From the NCBI GenBank assembly GCA_046563655.1, contig CM102290.1:13144001-13208000 (forward strand): a DNA stretch of 64,000 bases. The letters are read 5' to 3'. This document shows positions 49,501-62,225 of this stretch, piece by piece. The position numbers and the translations under genes are program-made. The DNA comes from Yuukianura sp. NJ FZ-2021 (taxonomy: Eukaryota). Numbering within the stretch: the stretch's first letter is position 1; every line of letters begins with the position of its first letter. The notes under the pieces are model-generated. The model was given only the letters and a program-made list of their open reading frames with translations, ran no database searches and was not told the origin of the DNA.

Positions 49501-52500
49501 AGCACTTTTTACTTTTGGCTGGAACTGGACAGAAGTCGCAGTGTCGCAAACTGGACATAAGTCGTAGTGCCGCAGTTCAGACTTTTCGATTCCTTGAGAT
49601 GATGTTGCTTGAGGGTCATAAGTGCCCACTGAAGCTTCAAATCTTATTCGGAGGATGTGGATCCAGGCGGGTAGGGTAGTATATGGAGGGTGAACGATGG
49701 CAATTCCAGTACCATAATGGGCGGGTGTGAAACTTAATGAATTGGAAGGAGAGCTGAGGAATAATTTGATTGGAGAGGGGCTACATCTCCCGATAGTGGA
49801 GTACTTGGACAGCATTTGTAGCTTTAAGTTGGAATAGCTTGTAAGTGGAACATAAATTAAAGGGTGTCAATGCATTTTAAGCCAAATGCTTCAGATTCAC
49901 CCCCATCCCAATGCAATCTTGCATAAGAGCTTCATTGTAGTAATGGAGGCAGAGCTAAGTTAGCTTAAAAGCTAACTACAGATGATGGAATGCGTCAGAG
50001 CAATCCGCTATGTCCGAGTTTTAGTAACCCCCCTTATCAACGTAGATAGAAACATTTTGAAAGGGTTATTGTGTCTCCATGTCGTCGATTACATGTCTCC
50101 AGGTCGTAGCTGTGTCAACCCCCCCCCCCACTCTCAACCCCCCCCCTACTGAATTCAATTAGGTTTCGTTCATTTTGGAATGGATCGTTGTAATGACAAT
50201 GTAAAGTTGGTTTTAGAATTTGGCTGTTTGAACTAACCATTGCTGTCCTGGAAAGCTAGAGGAATGAAAAAGTTTTAATGGCGACCACGTCAGGAAGTTC
50301 TCCACATCATCCACAACAGCCAATTCAACTCCCCATGCTCTCTGCTGCCCTTTCATTTTAGAGACTGTACTGAGTAGTTCTAGCCTACTGGAGACCAGCA
50401 CACACAAAAAAGTTGCCTCAGCAGGCAAAAAAAGTTGGACCAGATTCTACCGTCAGCAAAGTCTCTCTACCCGAAAATCCAGTTTTTTAGTCTTTTTGAG
50501 TCTATAGTATTACTTTGATTTGAAAGTCCGTTTGGTTTGAAGGAGATCAAAAAGTGATGTTGTTTGTACTGGATCTGAGTAGGGCAGAGGTGGCCTTAAA
50601 ACGGCGGAGCACAACTCCTTACAAACTTTTATTTGAGGACCATGTTTTAGAAATGAAGGGCCCAGTGACTTGGAGTCTGTGTGAAGCACGAGATTACTTC
50701 CGTTTGAATTTATTATGACTTACCTTGTAAGGACTAAGGACGTAGTTGGAACCATGTGCAACTTGTCCAGGGACTTTGTAAAGTGGTCTGCAGGACCCCT
50801 TTAAAGTACAAGATTCATGACTTTTAGTTTGGAGTGGTTAAATTCTGGGGATATAAACCTTACTCTTTACATAAGTGCAGAAACTAGGCTAACTTCCTAA
50901 AGTGCTTTTGAGCCGAGGTATCCAACGGCCCCTGTAATGGACGCTCGGAATGTCAGAGGAAGTGGTTAACTCTCTCCAATTCTTACTGTATTGCATAACT
51001 TGGATGCCAAGTTGCTCCACTTTTGCGGAACGTCTCTAATGAGTTTAGACTACGAAACGCCCTTAACTCCAAGTGTTTTATGAGCTGAATATAGTAATGA
51101 AACTAACAAAAGTTTCGGTTTACTGTATGGTTTGACGTAACTTACGCCGTTGTATCTCTTTAGAGTACCGTAGATTCCCAAATAGTACGGCTGACTCGTT
51201 GAGTACCGTAGATTCCCAAATACTACCGCCTGGCTCGCCGAGTACAGTAGATTTCCTAATAGTACCGTTGAGCAAGGTTTGTAAACAAGAAAATAGTTTT
51301 TCCCTTTAACAGGTTAGGCAATAAGTCGGGGGGGGGGTGTACGATAAGGATGGAGGGGTATTATTAGCAGGCCTGCCAAAAATATTTAGTTCCCATGCCT
51401 GTAATGTTAACAAAATCAATATTTTGGGTCTTTTTGTTACTAAATATTTATTTATTTACCCATGCCCTTTATGTTATGTTCTTAAATATTTCGAACTTTT
51501 TCAGTAAATATTGTATTTATTCAAATATTTCGTTGGTTTGAAGTAAATATTTTTGGCAGGTCTGATTATTAGAGTATACTGTGTTACTGTGTAGAAATCT
51601 GCGATAAACCCTATGCAAATATTTTGCCGTCATGCTTTTCACTATGGGATACCTTGAAATTAAGGCATGAGTTGAGGGTTTCATTAGTTTCAAAAGGTTC
51701 GGACATGAAAGCGAAAAGTATTTGAGCACAATTTTACGACCACTTCAAAATCAAAACTCCACGGGAATCACTCGTCAGCGGAACAGACTGCTGAGCACTC
51801 GTACTGTCAGCCTTTGCTCACTCTTTGGCCACTGTTGTAAATGTTCTGTCAAGGGTATATGGACGTACTTTGAGATGAGATCATTTGTGCCTTACGCTCC
51901 CTCAAAGAATGAAACTTGAAAGGCCGAAAATGTACTTTTGCCATGAGATGAAGGGCTCCCTTCGCAGATGGAAAGAAGAGGTCTCTTGGATTTCAAAAGC
52001 GTAAAATATGTGTAGTACTGCCGGATGCTTGCAAGCATCCACAGCACAAACGTCTGTCAGAGATTCTGTTTCACTTTAGAACAGCATTACTTTTTTTAAG
52101 GGATGCTTTCTCTCTCCTCAGAAAGGTAAAAAGAAAAGTTTGTCTTAACTAATGAAATGTTGAAAATCCGAGCTAAGGCGAAACTTTCATGTAAAAGTAT
52201 TGTTTAAACTTTGTAAGACATACAACGTAGAATGTTGTTGAAAAAACATGGGTCATGGTCACGTGTCAGTTTGTTTTGTTGGTGCAATATTTTCCGAACT
52301 TCGTGAATTCCTGTAGTAGAGATGCTGTTAACTGTAAGGTTGTTTGTACTAGTGCTAAGAGTTATTTAGGATTTGAATTTAAAGGATATAGTCATCCTCA
52401 CCTTGGGAGCCATTGTCTTCCTACAGTGTAATATATAAAGTACAAGACTTGTTTCAGATTGAAATCTTATTTGAACCGAGGAGACTGCGAGAGGAATCCG

Positions 52501-55500
52501 AGAGCCCTTGACGTGGTTCTGGTGTTGTATTACCACCAAATTCTATTGTCTTCGGTACGCTCTAGGTATCTACTGTAATTTATTCACCGCTGTACTACGT
52601 CCGTTACGTTCGTTTACTGTGTGGTGTCAGCGGATTTTCATAACATTGCAGTATTTCAATACGTTCACATTGCATACTTTTAAATTTTAAAAGTTGTTTT
52701 CAAACGAGGGAGTTGACTGTATTCATAATTTGAATCTTGATAGGCATATCTCAAAATTATTCGAATTTTGCCATACTTTCACCGTCTAAATTTTTAGACT
52801 CTAAAAATGGCGTGTGTGGCATACTGGCACTGGCGAAGTAAAAATTTATGTGAAAGAAACTAGAATGCTTTGCGTTCTCGCTGGGTCTCCGCCGCAGACT
52901 AATCGTCATAAATCACCATTGTACAATACCGTTAAGCGGTTTTAATCTATTTTTAAAAAATTCTCAAAATTCTTTTTCAATTTTTTTAAAATTTGTCTCC
53001 ATGGGAACTCACGTACTGTACACCCCAAACATTTGCCTTGCAGACAGACAAACAACCCCCTTTTTTTGAAAAAAAAAATTATTGAAATTGAAATAGAAAT
53101 AACTTTTTTTCTTGGTAAAAAACACTTTGAAAGCAAACTATGCATGGTTGTCCCCGTTGTGGAAGATGGAGATACATTTGTTAAGTTGCGTTTTCCGTGT
53201 AGACAACTTGGAACGGGAAAGAATGGAGATGACAATCATGGAATGAGCGTAGCAGTAAGTGCTGAATTTGAATATTAAAGGGGAACACTAAAGTGTGAAA
53301 TGGAAATTGATGGTTTTGTCGTGTTTCTGAATTGTTTTCTTCTTTGTCTCCTGATATTTTGGCATTCATGTCTCCTTTCTTCTGTTTCTCCGATCGAATG
53401 GAAAATTTGAAGACGAAGAAATCGTGGTTTTGCATTCCCTGGCCTTGTTTCCCGTTGTAAAAACCATTGTTATATTTCCCCTGTCTCTCTCTCCCTCCAG
53501 AGAAATGGGAATTGCTTTCTCCCGCTAAAAAAAGTCGCTTGAATCCGAATCATTCCTCCTCCACAAGGTTCACCCTTCGATATCTCTTACCGAGATCTCG
53601 CTCCGGGTATCATTTCTATAAATCATGACATGACACCTCAATGGAAGTCTCGAATCTCTAATAGATTTTTCTCCCTACCTCTCTTCATTCAAAGGGGACC
53701 CGAACAAGAAAAATGGCGCTTTGCTTTATTTTTGCAGAGAGAGAAAGTGTCAAATCGGGTCACAATCTTCCCGCCTCCGAACCTGGTTTTCCCAGTGGAC
53801 CGACTTTGGCACCCCATTTCACTTGGATTTCCATTTGAAAATAATATGTTCATGAGGGGACTAACCTTGCCCTTGTGATTTCAATTATTTTAAGGCTTTC
53901 TGGCTAGTTCTAGGAGGGAATCCCTGAAGATTTTAGTTGAATTTGTTACATCAAAAAGTTAGCTTTTAGTTGAATTTTTTTCAAATTTGGTACATTAAAA
54001 ACTTAGATTTTAGTGAAATTTTTCCCAAATTTGGTTCATCAAAAAGTGGTGGTCTTGTTATAATCATGGATGTCAAAAATATTTAGTCTCCATGCCTTTA
54101 ATGCTAATAAAAAAAATATTTGCATATTTGCCTTTTTTTTGGTAATAAATTGGTTTTATTTATTTTTTTTAGTAAATGAAATTTTCACAAATATATTATT
54201 ACTCTTTTGAAAAACTAATGTTAAAAATGCGGGTTTTGTGTTACTAAATATTTATTGATTTATCCATGCCTTTGATGTGAAATAAGTAAATATTTGTTCA
54301 ATTATTAGAAAAGTATTTTTTAAATTAATATTTCGGTAGTTTTTAGCACATATTTTTGACATCCCTGATCATAATTGTTGGTACATGTTCAGACTAGCAT
54401 AGTGTTGGTACTTTTCGTTGTGACTGGAACGTTACCAAATAATGTTGTCGTTTTGCATTGAGCAATGGTCACTGGTGTGTCAGACGTACGCCTACCATGC
54501 GGATTTTTTTAGTTATTGCTGTTGAGATGAAGTTGAAATTTAGAGGGAGTGAAAAATCCCGGCTGTTACGCTTTACGCTGAAGGATTTTGTGTGTCAATA
54601 ACTGAAAAATACTAATTCACGTCTCTGTCATTTCAGATGAAGGGTTCCTTAGGATGTCACGCGGCGGTGAAGCCTTCGGAGGAAGACGTCCACCTCCACC
54701 AATAATAAACCCAGCACATCTCTCCACTCCAGCACCGCCGCGGCCGTTCCTCAGCCCGTCACCGCCTCCTCCAGTACCCAAAGAACGGCCGAAACCATTT
54801 GTACCTCATCGGAAGCTGGAACTGGAGTCGTCACGAGGGGAAGATGACAAGGGCTCTCGAGACAGTGGACAACCTAACAGCGGAGGTCGTGAAAGTGGTT
54901 CCAGTTCAAGTGGGCATCTAGAAGTATCGAAACCGTTGGAGAAGGACGTGAGCGCCGTGTTTTTCAAAGTGGGTCCAGGGTCTGAGGGAAGTGGCCCTGT
55001 GACAGGAGACTCCGACTCTCATCCCCTCCTAGGCATTACTCCAGCAGCTCCTGGAGATCCCTTTGACTTCAATCCCATTCTGTCCAACCCTGCTGTCACT
55101 CGTATTTTAGCTGGAAGTTCCGGAAGAATTCCCCAATGGGAACCTACGCTCCCTGATCTTCATGGTAATCGTCAATTGAATTTGTTTCTCTCATTACTTC
55201 CACCAACTTTCTCTCCTTCCTCTGGATGAATTTCAAATAAAAACAGAGGAATAAATAACACTTTTTATTTCATCGGGCAAGAAGAGGACTTCGTGTAACG
55301 GTAATGTCTACCCGCCCGCATTGAATCTTTAACTACGGAATTCCTAATAGTCGAGTCTCCCCCAAATCCAATCCAGAGTTCCAGATATTTGAAAGGAAAT
55401 GAGTTTTTTTGGTGGAAGATTTATGAGACTGGAGGAACCGAATGGGTTTCGGCTCTTACAAACTGGGTTTCTAATATGGGTTTCTTTGGGTTTCGTTTTA

Positions 55501-58500
55501 CAGATCTAATACCGGAAGGAAACTACAGTGGTGATACAAATAACAATCGAGTCTACGGTAGTGGCGGGAACAACTTGAATGGAGGAGGACAGAGTCCGGG
55601 TAATCCACCGAATGGGAATGGACCGCTCCAACCTAATCCTAAAAATCCAGTATTTGTTCCTTCTCCTGTGAGCTCCATTTCAAGAGGGTCCCCTACAATG
55701 TACAATATGGATCAGATGACGAACAATATCGCCATTCCGAAACATACGCTACCAAATCCCAGTAACCTAGCCACTTCACGAACCACGTTAATGTCTGAAG
55801 AGGGTGGAGAGGCATATGGAGACAATGGGCGAAGAACCGGAGATGATCACAACAGAGACGTCGATATGAGTTCTAATGGGGCTGCTCCAACCAAGCGACC
55901 TCCCAGTACTACCAATATCCAGGATCCAGGAAAAGATGGACTCAATTTATACGACGACGATTCTGGAATGGATGAGAATCAGTACAAGAATTACATGGGT
56001 TCAAATGGAGGGGAAGTTGGGCCAGGGAAGCGGGTGAATGGACAAACGGAGTCCGAAGATCCAACTGAAATCGGTAAGAATTCAATTCATGGCATGTGTT
56101 TGTGCGTGACTCGATCTCCTTTGAGAACGATTCAAATGTTAATGGTCGGAGAAGTAGTGGTGAGATATGGGAGGGGGGACATTGGAATAGAGATTTCCAA
56201 ATATATGCTGGAATTGGAGTTTTTGTGGAAAAGGCGGGAATCTCCTTTCGTTGCACGAAAGGAGAAAATGGCGTTAAAGTGTTCCTAATTTTGAAAAATC
56301 AAAATGGGGAAAACGTTTTCACTTTTATGAATTCTTTTTTTTGACTTTTGATATTTGATTTTTGTAGGTACAAAGGCCAGCATCTGTGACGCATTGTGTG
56401 GAGCATGGAGACATCAGTGTAAACTGATGGGAATTCTTTTCTCGGTGAGTTGATTTTTTCTTTGATGTTAAAAAACGTTTTTTAACATGACTAATACTAA
56501 TTTGTTCAGAATCGTGTACACTAACTCACTACTTAATTGGCGCAGTGTTGCTCATATACTGGATAATAAGCAAAAGAAATCGTTGTAAACGCCGTATGAA
56601 AGTAGCGAAATCAACATAAAGGGTTATAGGAGTGACATGCATTCCTTCAAAGCAGCTAGGTCAAAGGTCAAGGTCACCTATACAAAAGTTATTTAGAGTA
56701 CAACTTTTGCAGAGGTAATTTTTTTTTTCGATTTTCATTAAAAAATGTATTTGACCTTGACCTTCAACCCGGAAGGTTCCCACTTCTGGTGAAACCGGAA
56801 ACGAATTATTTGCTACCAAAGCATGTGAAGTTCATCTGTGAAGACAGATTGAAAATCGGTGCAGCGGTGCCAGAGTTATAGTGTCCGGCAGACTGACAGA
56901 CAGACAGACTCGTGGAAAAGCATAAACTAGCAAACTACTTTGGCCACTTAATATAACTTGAAATTCTTTTGATGTTACAGATTACAAGTGTCCTGTGCTT
57001 TCTCTTTGCCCTCGTCGTCTTGTACTCTCTCCACTTTGGTCTCAAAGGTAATCTAAATCAAATAAAACATTTTGACTCACAAGCTTTCAATTCAACACGC
57101 ACACACGAACACGCCTTAACACCACTTTAGAAATTACTACGTTTCATTTTTTTTTCAATTTTTTGTAACAGATTTTCTACCGTTCTCAATAATCCTCCTT
57201 CTGCTGCTGACGACTTCAGTATCGCGTGCCGTCATTCTGCTCTCCGGTTGGTACTGTCCCTACAGTCCAGCCGATCCACAACCTGATTGGTTCCCAATCG
57301 CTTCAACGCTGCCCTCAACTCTGTTCACCGTGGCCATCCTCGTGGCGCTACGGTTAGCCCGATTCCCGTTTCCCTTCATCCGATCCTACACGATCTCCGT
57401 ACAGATGATCGTCATTTTGTCCCTCGTTGCTCTTCTGCCACCACTCGCCTTGTCCCTGGCTGCAACATTCTACAAACCATCGAGCGGAGTGCTGTCCCAA
57501 GTTGCTTGGATCCTGGGTCATGTCGTCCTGGCAGCCGTAGCTGTAGCTTATCTCTTCCGATTCAAATTGTTCTATGTCCGATTGGGAAATGAGCGCGGGA
57601 GTGGAATTTCCAATGGAACTTCAAATACTTACAGTACTGGACCACACGGATCCTCCCAGTGTGGACCGAACATGGCCTTTGGCAATGGAAACAACAACTT
57701 GTCATCGGCTGGTCTCAAGAAGCGACCATTTGTGGCCAAGTGGGGATGTCTCCAGGCGAGAGCAATGTTCGGAGCAGCACTGCTCGTTCTAAGTCTATGT
57801 ACCATAGTAATTATTTCAGTGTCCCTGGTAAGTTGTACAAAATAGTTAGCATTTTGAGTTAAAAAGTTCAAGTAACTATTTTTTGTAGTTGTAATGTGTA
57901 ATAAGATGTTTCGGATTTTGTTTTTCAGAATGGGGTAAACGAATGCATCACATGGCCAGGCTGGATCCTCAGTTTGTGTGCGAGAATTTTGGAATTAGCT
58001 GTAGTCATTCTCCTTCTTCTTGTTACTATTTCTTCGGCGGACGTCCGATTTTTTCAGTGAGTTCTTATCAAATTTGTTTTTTTTGGCACGGAACATTTTA
58101 AAAATATTTGAAAGACACTAAACATTTATAATTGTTTGCTGAACAGTTTATCTAGAGGCTCAGTCAATAAGATGGGTAACGGAGGTCTGGTGAATGCTGA
58201 CCTCTTCCCCACCATGGTATCGTCAAACACTGCCGTTCAACGGTGCATCCCAACTTACAGGTAGAATAATTACATCTACTTATCTAAATTATGTTTATGC
58301 AGAGATAAAGGGAGAGTTTATGAAGAGGGAGATAGAAAAAGAGAGGAGTTTATGTAAAAGAGAAAAAGAGATAAGAGTTTATGTAGAGAGAGAGAGAGAA
58401 GGAGAGGAGTTCATGTACGGACATAGTTTATGTACAGACAGAGTTTATGGAGAGAGAGAGAGAGTTTATGTATTTTTTGAGAGATTATGTATTGTTTTAC

Positions 58501-60384
58501 AGCTCGAATACAAGAGCAGACGTTGTGATGCTCGGAGCAGCGGAAAATCGATCATCCTTGAGAGGAAAAACGTTTGGCGAGAGAGCTCTTCCAGGTATGT
58601 CACCAGTTTTTTTTTTTCCAATGGTTTCAAATGCTCTGAACAACTTTGAAATTCACGACTCGAAACCAATAATTTTTCCAGGTGAGCGTGTAGGTGAATA
58701 CCGTTCCAGTGTAGGAAGAGGTTTACCGCTTAGACTAGGCAATGGACCGTCACACTCAATGCCTGGTACACCACTGGACGCTTTTCCCCAAGGACTTCGA
58801 CTTCCAGAACCCGCTCCCGCAAGTTTGTTAGTAACCAAAGTTATGTTCGGCACTCCCGCTGTTTCGCGCGAAGTAAACTTAAACCATCAGCATGACAACC
58901 CCCTGCTTTGTACGGGCGGACCAAGCTCCAGGGATGAATCAAGTAACATTTATGCAAGTCTAGAAAGTGTCAAAGTGGCATCCATGCCGAATGCAGGGTC
59001 GTCAAATGGCTCCAATCATAGCGGTTCTGACCGAGTACTGCTAACAGCCCCAAGAGACTATGTTTATTCTATTTCAAGAGACTTAACCAAAGCGATTGAC
59101 TCCATCTACGACACATCAAGAACAAGAAACATGTCGAATGGCTTAGGTATGAGTTCAAATACTAACTAACAGACACTGTTAGGCCAAAAAGTGACAAGTG
59201 ATACCTAATTTTCGTTTTTTTTTATAGATGGAACGACATCACTGGCCCACACTATTGACCAAATGGGTTCAATTCCTAACCTCAGCGGTACATTGGGCAA
59301 TCGGCCGTCACAGTTCAACTCCCATTCCCAAAATCCACAGAATTCCAATGGCAGTACAAGTCTCACTAGAGCTGAACTTGTACGGACGATTGAGAGGCTG
59401 CGTCATGGGGCCAGCACAATACCAAATTCGACTGCCCTTACCCCCACGAGTAGCCAGTCGGGAAGGAACTTTGTACTTCAGTTGGGTGGGTCCAACAATC
59501 CTCCGGGAATCCTTAACCCACCGCCTTATTACTCAAGCGAGTCAAGCCATGATGTGACACCAGACTCTGGAATCGTTTCTGATATTCATTCCAAGTCAAC
59601 ACGAGCGGAAGTTCCTGATGTAGCCTATATAAGGTACGGGCACTACTGATCTCATTACAACAAGATTTCGGAGAATCTAACTGTTAAACTTTTACTTTGC
59701 AGAGAATATGGTAGAAACTCAATAGAAGATGTACGTCGTCTACCCCTTTTGCCAATGCCAAACAAGTCCCGCACCCCAAGTTCAACTCCACTCTACGACC
59801 GTACCCCCACGTCCCCCTCAAATCCGCCCCTCACATCTTCTCCAGCCATTTACCACCCCGGGACAACTCCTATCTACATCCCCCCGAATCCGGGTAACTC
59901 TGTTGTTGGCAGAGTAGAACACCTTCTGAACCAAACAGAACACATCTTGTCCAGAACAGAGTCCTTGGACACCAATACTCAGTCTAATGGCCTTCAGAGA
60001 CTACTATCTCACAAGGAACAACTGGAACATGTAGAAAAACTTTTGGCTCAGGCTGAATATGCCATTTGGGTAGAAAAGAGAAACTGTGCTCAGCAAGTTA
60101 GTCAATTGAGTCCCACCGAGTCTCAGCAAAGTCAGCAGGGCTACACGCTCCGTGGACAGGGACAACCCACCGGACATTCCCCACATCCTGCTGCCAATTC
60201 CCCGCATTTCCCTAGTTCTCATACCAATAGTGCCAATGGGGCTACGCAAAGAAGTAATAATGCTAATCATGGCAGTAGTAATACTAAAAATAGCAACAGC
60301 AGTACCGATCACCACCATCACCACCGAAGTTCCCACCAAAACAAAAAGATGTCCAAGAATCTAGAAGAGGAGAGCGTTGTATGA
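46595..60384 (+). CDS. Orphan multi-pass (about 7 TM) membrane protein, PRRT3/PRRT4-like, ~1319 aa; exons 46595-46769, 54637-55164, 55504-56073, 56368-56444, 56981-57047, 57172-57827, 57929-58056, 58147-58260, 58503-58594, 58682-59146, 59228-59633, 59703-60384
   Basis: All junctions are GT-AG and phase-compatible (total 3960 nt, no internal stop). Exon 1 encodes a signal-peptide-like segment (KRLVLGHVVRNVVLSSVVLLLPGLLLEVHG) and ends at AAG/GTAAGT. A Pro/Gly/Asn/Ser-rich ectodomain follows, then hydrophobic helices (AWRHQCKLMGILFSITSVLCFLFALVVL; FSIILLLLTTSVSRAVILLSGWY; LPSTLFTVAILVAL; VQMIVILSLVALLPPLALSLAA; VAWILGHVVLAAVAVAYLF; AMFGAALLVLSLCTIVIISVSL; WPGWILSLCARILELAVVILLLLV) and a long low-complexity tail ending EESVV. 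Family call is from recalled similarity of the last helix (W-x-x-W...R-x-x-E) and overall architecture to PRRT3/4. The first exon is less certain than the rest. Confidence 0.8.
46931..47444. mobile_element. CCGTA-terminal MITE with AT-rich low-complexity interior
   Basis: TACCGTAAACCTTCTAATACA ... TGTATTGGAAGTTTTACGGTA. Confidence 0.7.
48653..49029 (+). mobile_element. DINE-1/Helentron-like element
   Basis: AAGCTACTTTATGC head, (CTGT)n, GGTCAAAGGTCA twice, and CTTTCGCTACTT...TTACAACTGGTTTATT tail. Confidence 0.7.
51164..51272. repeat. Minisatellite, 38-39-bp unit, ~3 copies
   Basis: AGTAC(C/A)GTAGATT(C/T)C(C/T)AATA at 51164, 51202 and 51241. Confidence 0.85.
51368..51564. mobile_element. 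hAT-like AT-rich MITE (CAGGC...AAAAATATTT family)
   Basis: TIRs CAGGCCTGCCAAAAATATTTA/TAAATATTTTTGGCAGGTCTG and a perfect 8-bp TSD ATTATTAG. Relatives at 18135-18433, 20348-20708, 25100-25373, 39885-40187, 54065-54367 and degenerate copies near 14965-15170 and 15643-15900. Confidence 0.85.
54065..54367. mobile_element. AT-rich MITE (CAGGC family)
   Basis: CATGGATGTCAAAAATAT ... ATATTTTTGACATCCCTG; flanks GTTATAAT/ATCATAAT. Confidence 0.75.
56578..56950 (-). mobile_element. DINE-1/Helentron-like element, single-unit copy inside an intron of the membrane protein gene
   Basis: Reverse-complement homology to the 41821 element: AAGTAGCGAAA at 56600, AGGTCAAAGGTCAAGGTCA at 56658, GTGAAGACAGATTGAAAATCGG, (CAGA)n and GCATAAACTAGC. 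Confidence 0.75.
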
Positions 60385-60837
60385 CAGCGGAGGGATCGCC
60401 CAATGTCGCTCAATGTCGTCGGCTTGGACTCAACCTGTTCATAGAACATTATTTTCTAAAAATGGACTCTCGTGTACCTGTGGTTCTCCCGAAGTCCGCG
60501 TCTAAAACTGTACAATTGTGTCCATTGACCCAAATATTGCCATGACTCAAGAGTATCAGTATTTTGATCCATCCAATTTCCAATCCTAATACTTGCCAGC
60601 CTACAACGTTCCCGCGTCAAATCTTCCCGTATCCAGGTAACTGTGTAACTTTTGCAGTTAAGGCGTGCCATTCTTTTCTTCTTTAGTTTCATTTTTCATT
60701 GTTTTTCCAGTATTAAGTTTGTTAAGTTTCCGAGCGACAGCTGATCACTGATTATTTATTTTAATAATTGCGGGCTGAGTTGTTGCCACTGTATGAATTT
60801 TAAAGTAACTACTCATCCACCCAAGCTCAAAATGAAA

Positions 60838-61062
60838 TACAGTCGAACCTCTCATTTCTAAACTCGCTCTGATTGGTTGGCTGATTTAAACGTTTTTAGC
60901 ACCTACCGTAGACATTCTGAATACAGGACAGTGCATTCAGAACTAAATCTCCCATTGCTCACTTGTGTAAAGTTGAAATCCCCTAGAAAAAGTTAACGTT
61001 TACAGTGTCACACTATCACGTGAATGAGCAAAAGAGGTCTTGAAATGAGAGGTTTGACTGTT
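60838..61062. mobile_element. pogo/Tigger-like MITE downstream of the membrane protein stop codon
   Basis: TACAGTCGAACCTCTCATTTC ... GAAATGAGAGGTTTGACTG. Confidence 0.8.
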
Positions 61063-61332
61063 GTAAGTGGTTTAAATTTGATCAATTATTTATTAACTAC
61101 TGTTATTTAATTTTTTTTAATTTTAGAAATTCCTTTAAACTTCATTAAATTTTTGTTACATTTGACACAATCTAATTCATATTAGTTAGCAAAAGCAGTT
61201 TCTAAAATGTCGTACTTACGAGTCCGTCTAAAACAAAGATTAAATTGTTGGACTTAAAAAAGTAGATTTTTTTGTTCATTGTGATTTCTCGCTCGATTTT
61301 TATTTGTCCTTTTACTTATCATCACTTACCTC

Positions 61333-61338
61333 AATAAA
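61333..61338 (+). terminator. Candidate polyadenylation signal for the membrane protein gene
   Basis: AATAAA about 950 nt after the stop at 60384. Confidence 0.3.
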
Positions 61339-62225
61339 ATACTCTTTTACATGTGACCTTGGCTTAAATTTACAATTTAGGAGAAAGAAAATTTTGAAAA
61401 GCGTTCAGAGTTTCCCATTTTCTAAACTTTCAAAAACAGAGCATCCGAGTATCCTATAGTAATTTCAAAATGCTTTTTAAGAGTTCTGAAGTCGACAAAG
61501 ACTTTTTTCACCATACGAAAGCAATTTGAAGATTTAGGATTTTAAAAAATGAGAACATTTTTTAAGAAATTACACTGACGAATGAGGAATTCTGAAACCC
61601 ATTTTCTTTTGTTTAACTTTTTCTTATTTTTGGAAAAAAAAACATGATTTTGAGAGCTCTTTCAGTTGTTACTGTCATTTCATGTCTAATGTTCCGTAGC
61701 AGGTCATTAGCGCGAAAGCAATAAGCGCGAATTGGTAACACTGTTGCCAACTTGCTAAATTCGCGCTAATGACCTAGCATAATAGGTTCTACTTTTCGCA
61801 GATATAATTAATTTATAATGGTTAAAAATGAATTCTGATCACTTAAGTTTACTTAAATTTGATAATATGCAATCACTTGTGTATTTATTTAATTCTCACA
61901 TAACATCGCATTGTAAAAATTTTTTACAATTTTTTAAGAAAAAGTCAACTTTTATTTGAACCCCTGCATCCTTTGTACCCATTTTGAATATAATATTGTA
62001 TAAAGGAGATTATTAAGTTGCCCTTGAGTTGTAAGTTTTTATAAGTATAATAATAAATTAAGCAGAAAGTGATCCAATTCAAGTAAGAACAAAGTATCAC
62101 AAGTACAGAGGTCGAAGTTAAATTTAAGAAGAAGTAGTTAAACTGTACGTAATTATAAAATATACACGCAAAAGGAATTAAAAACGTTGCTCCAGAAATT
62201 AACAAATTTACGCACATGAGATGTT

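Noticed and set aside
55389..56288. 299-aa ORF as a standalone gene
   Set aside because: It is exon 55504-56073 of the membrane protein gene plus intronic read-through on both sides.
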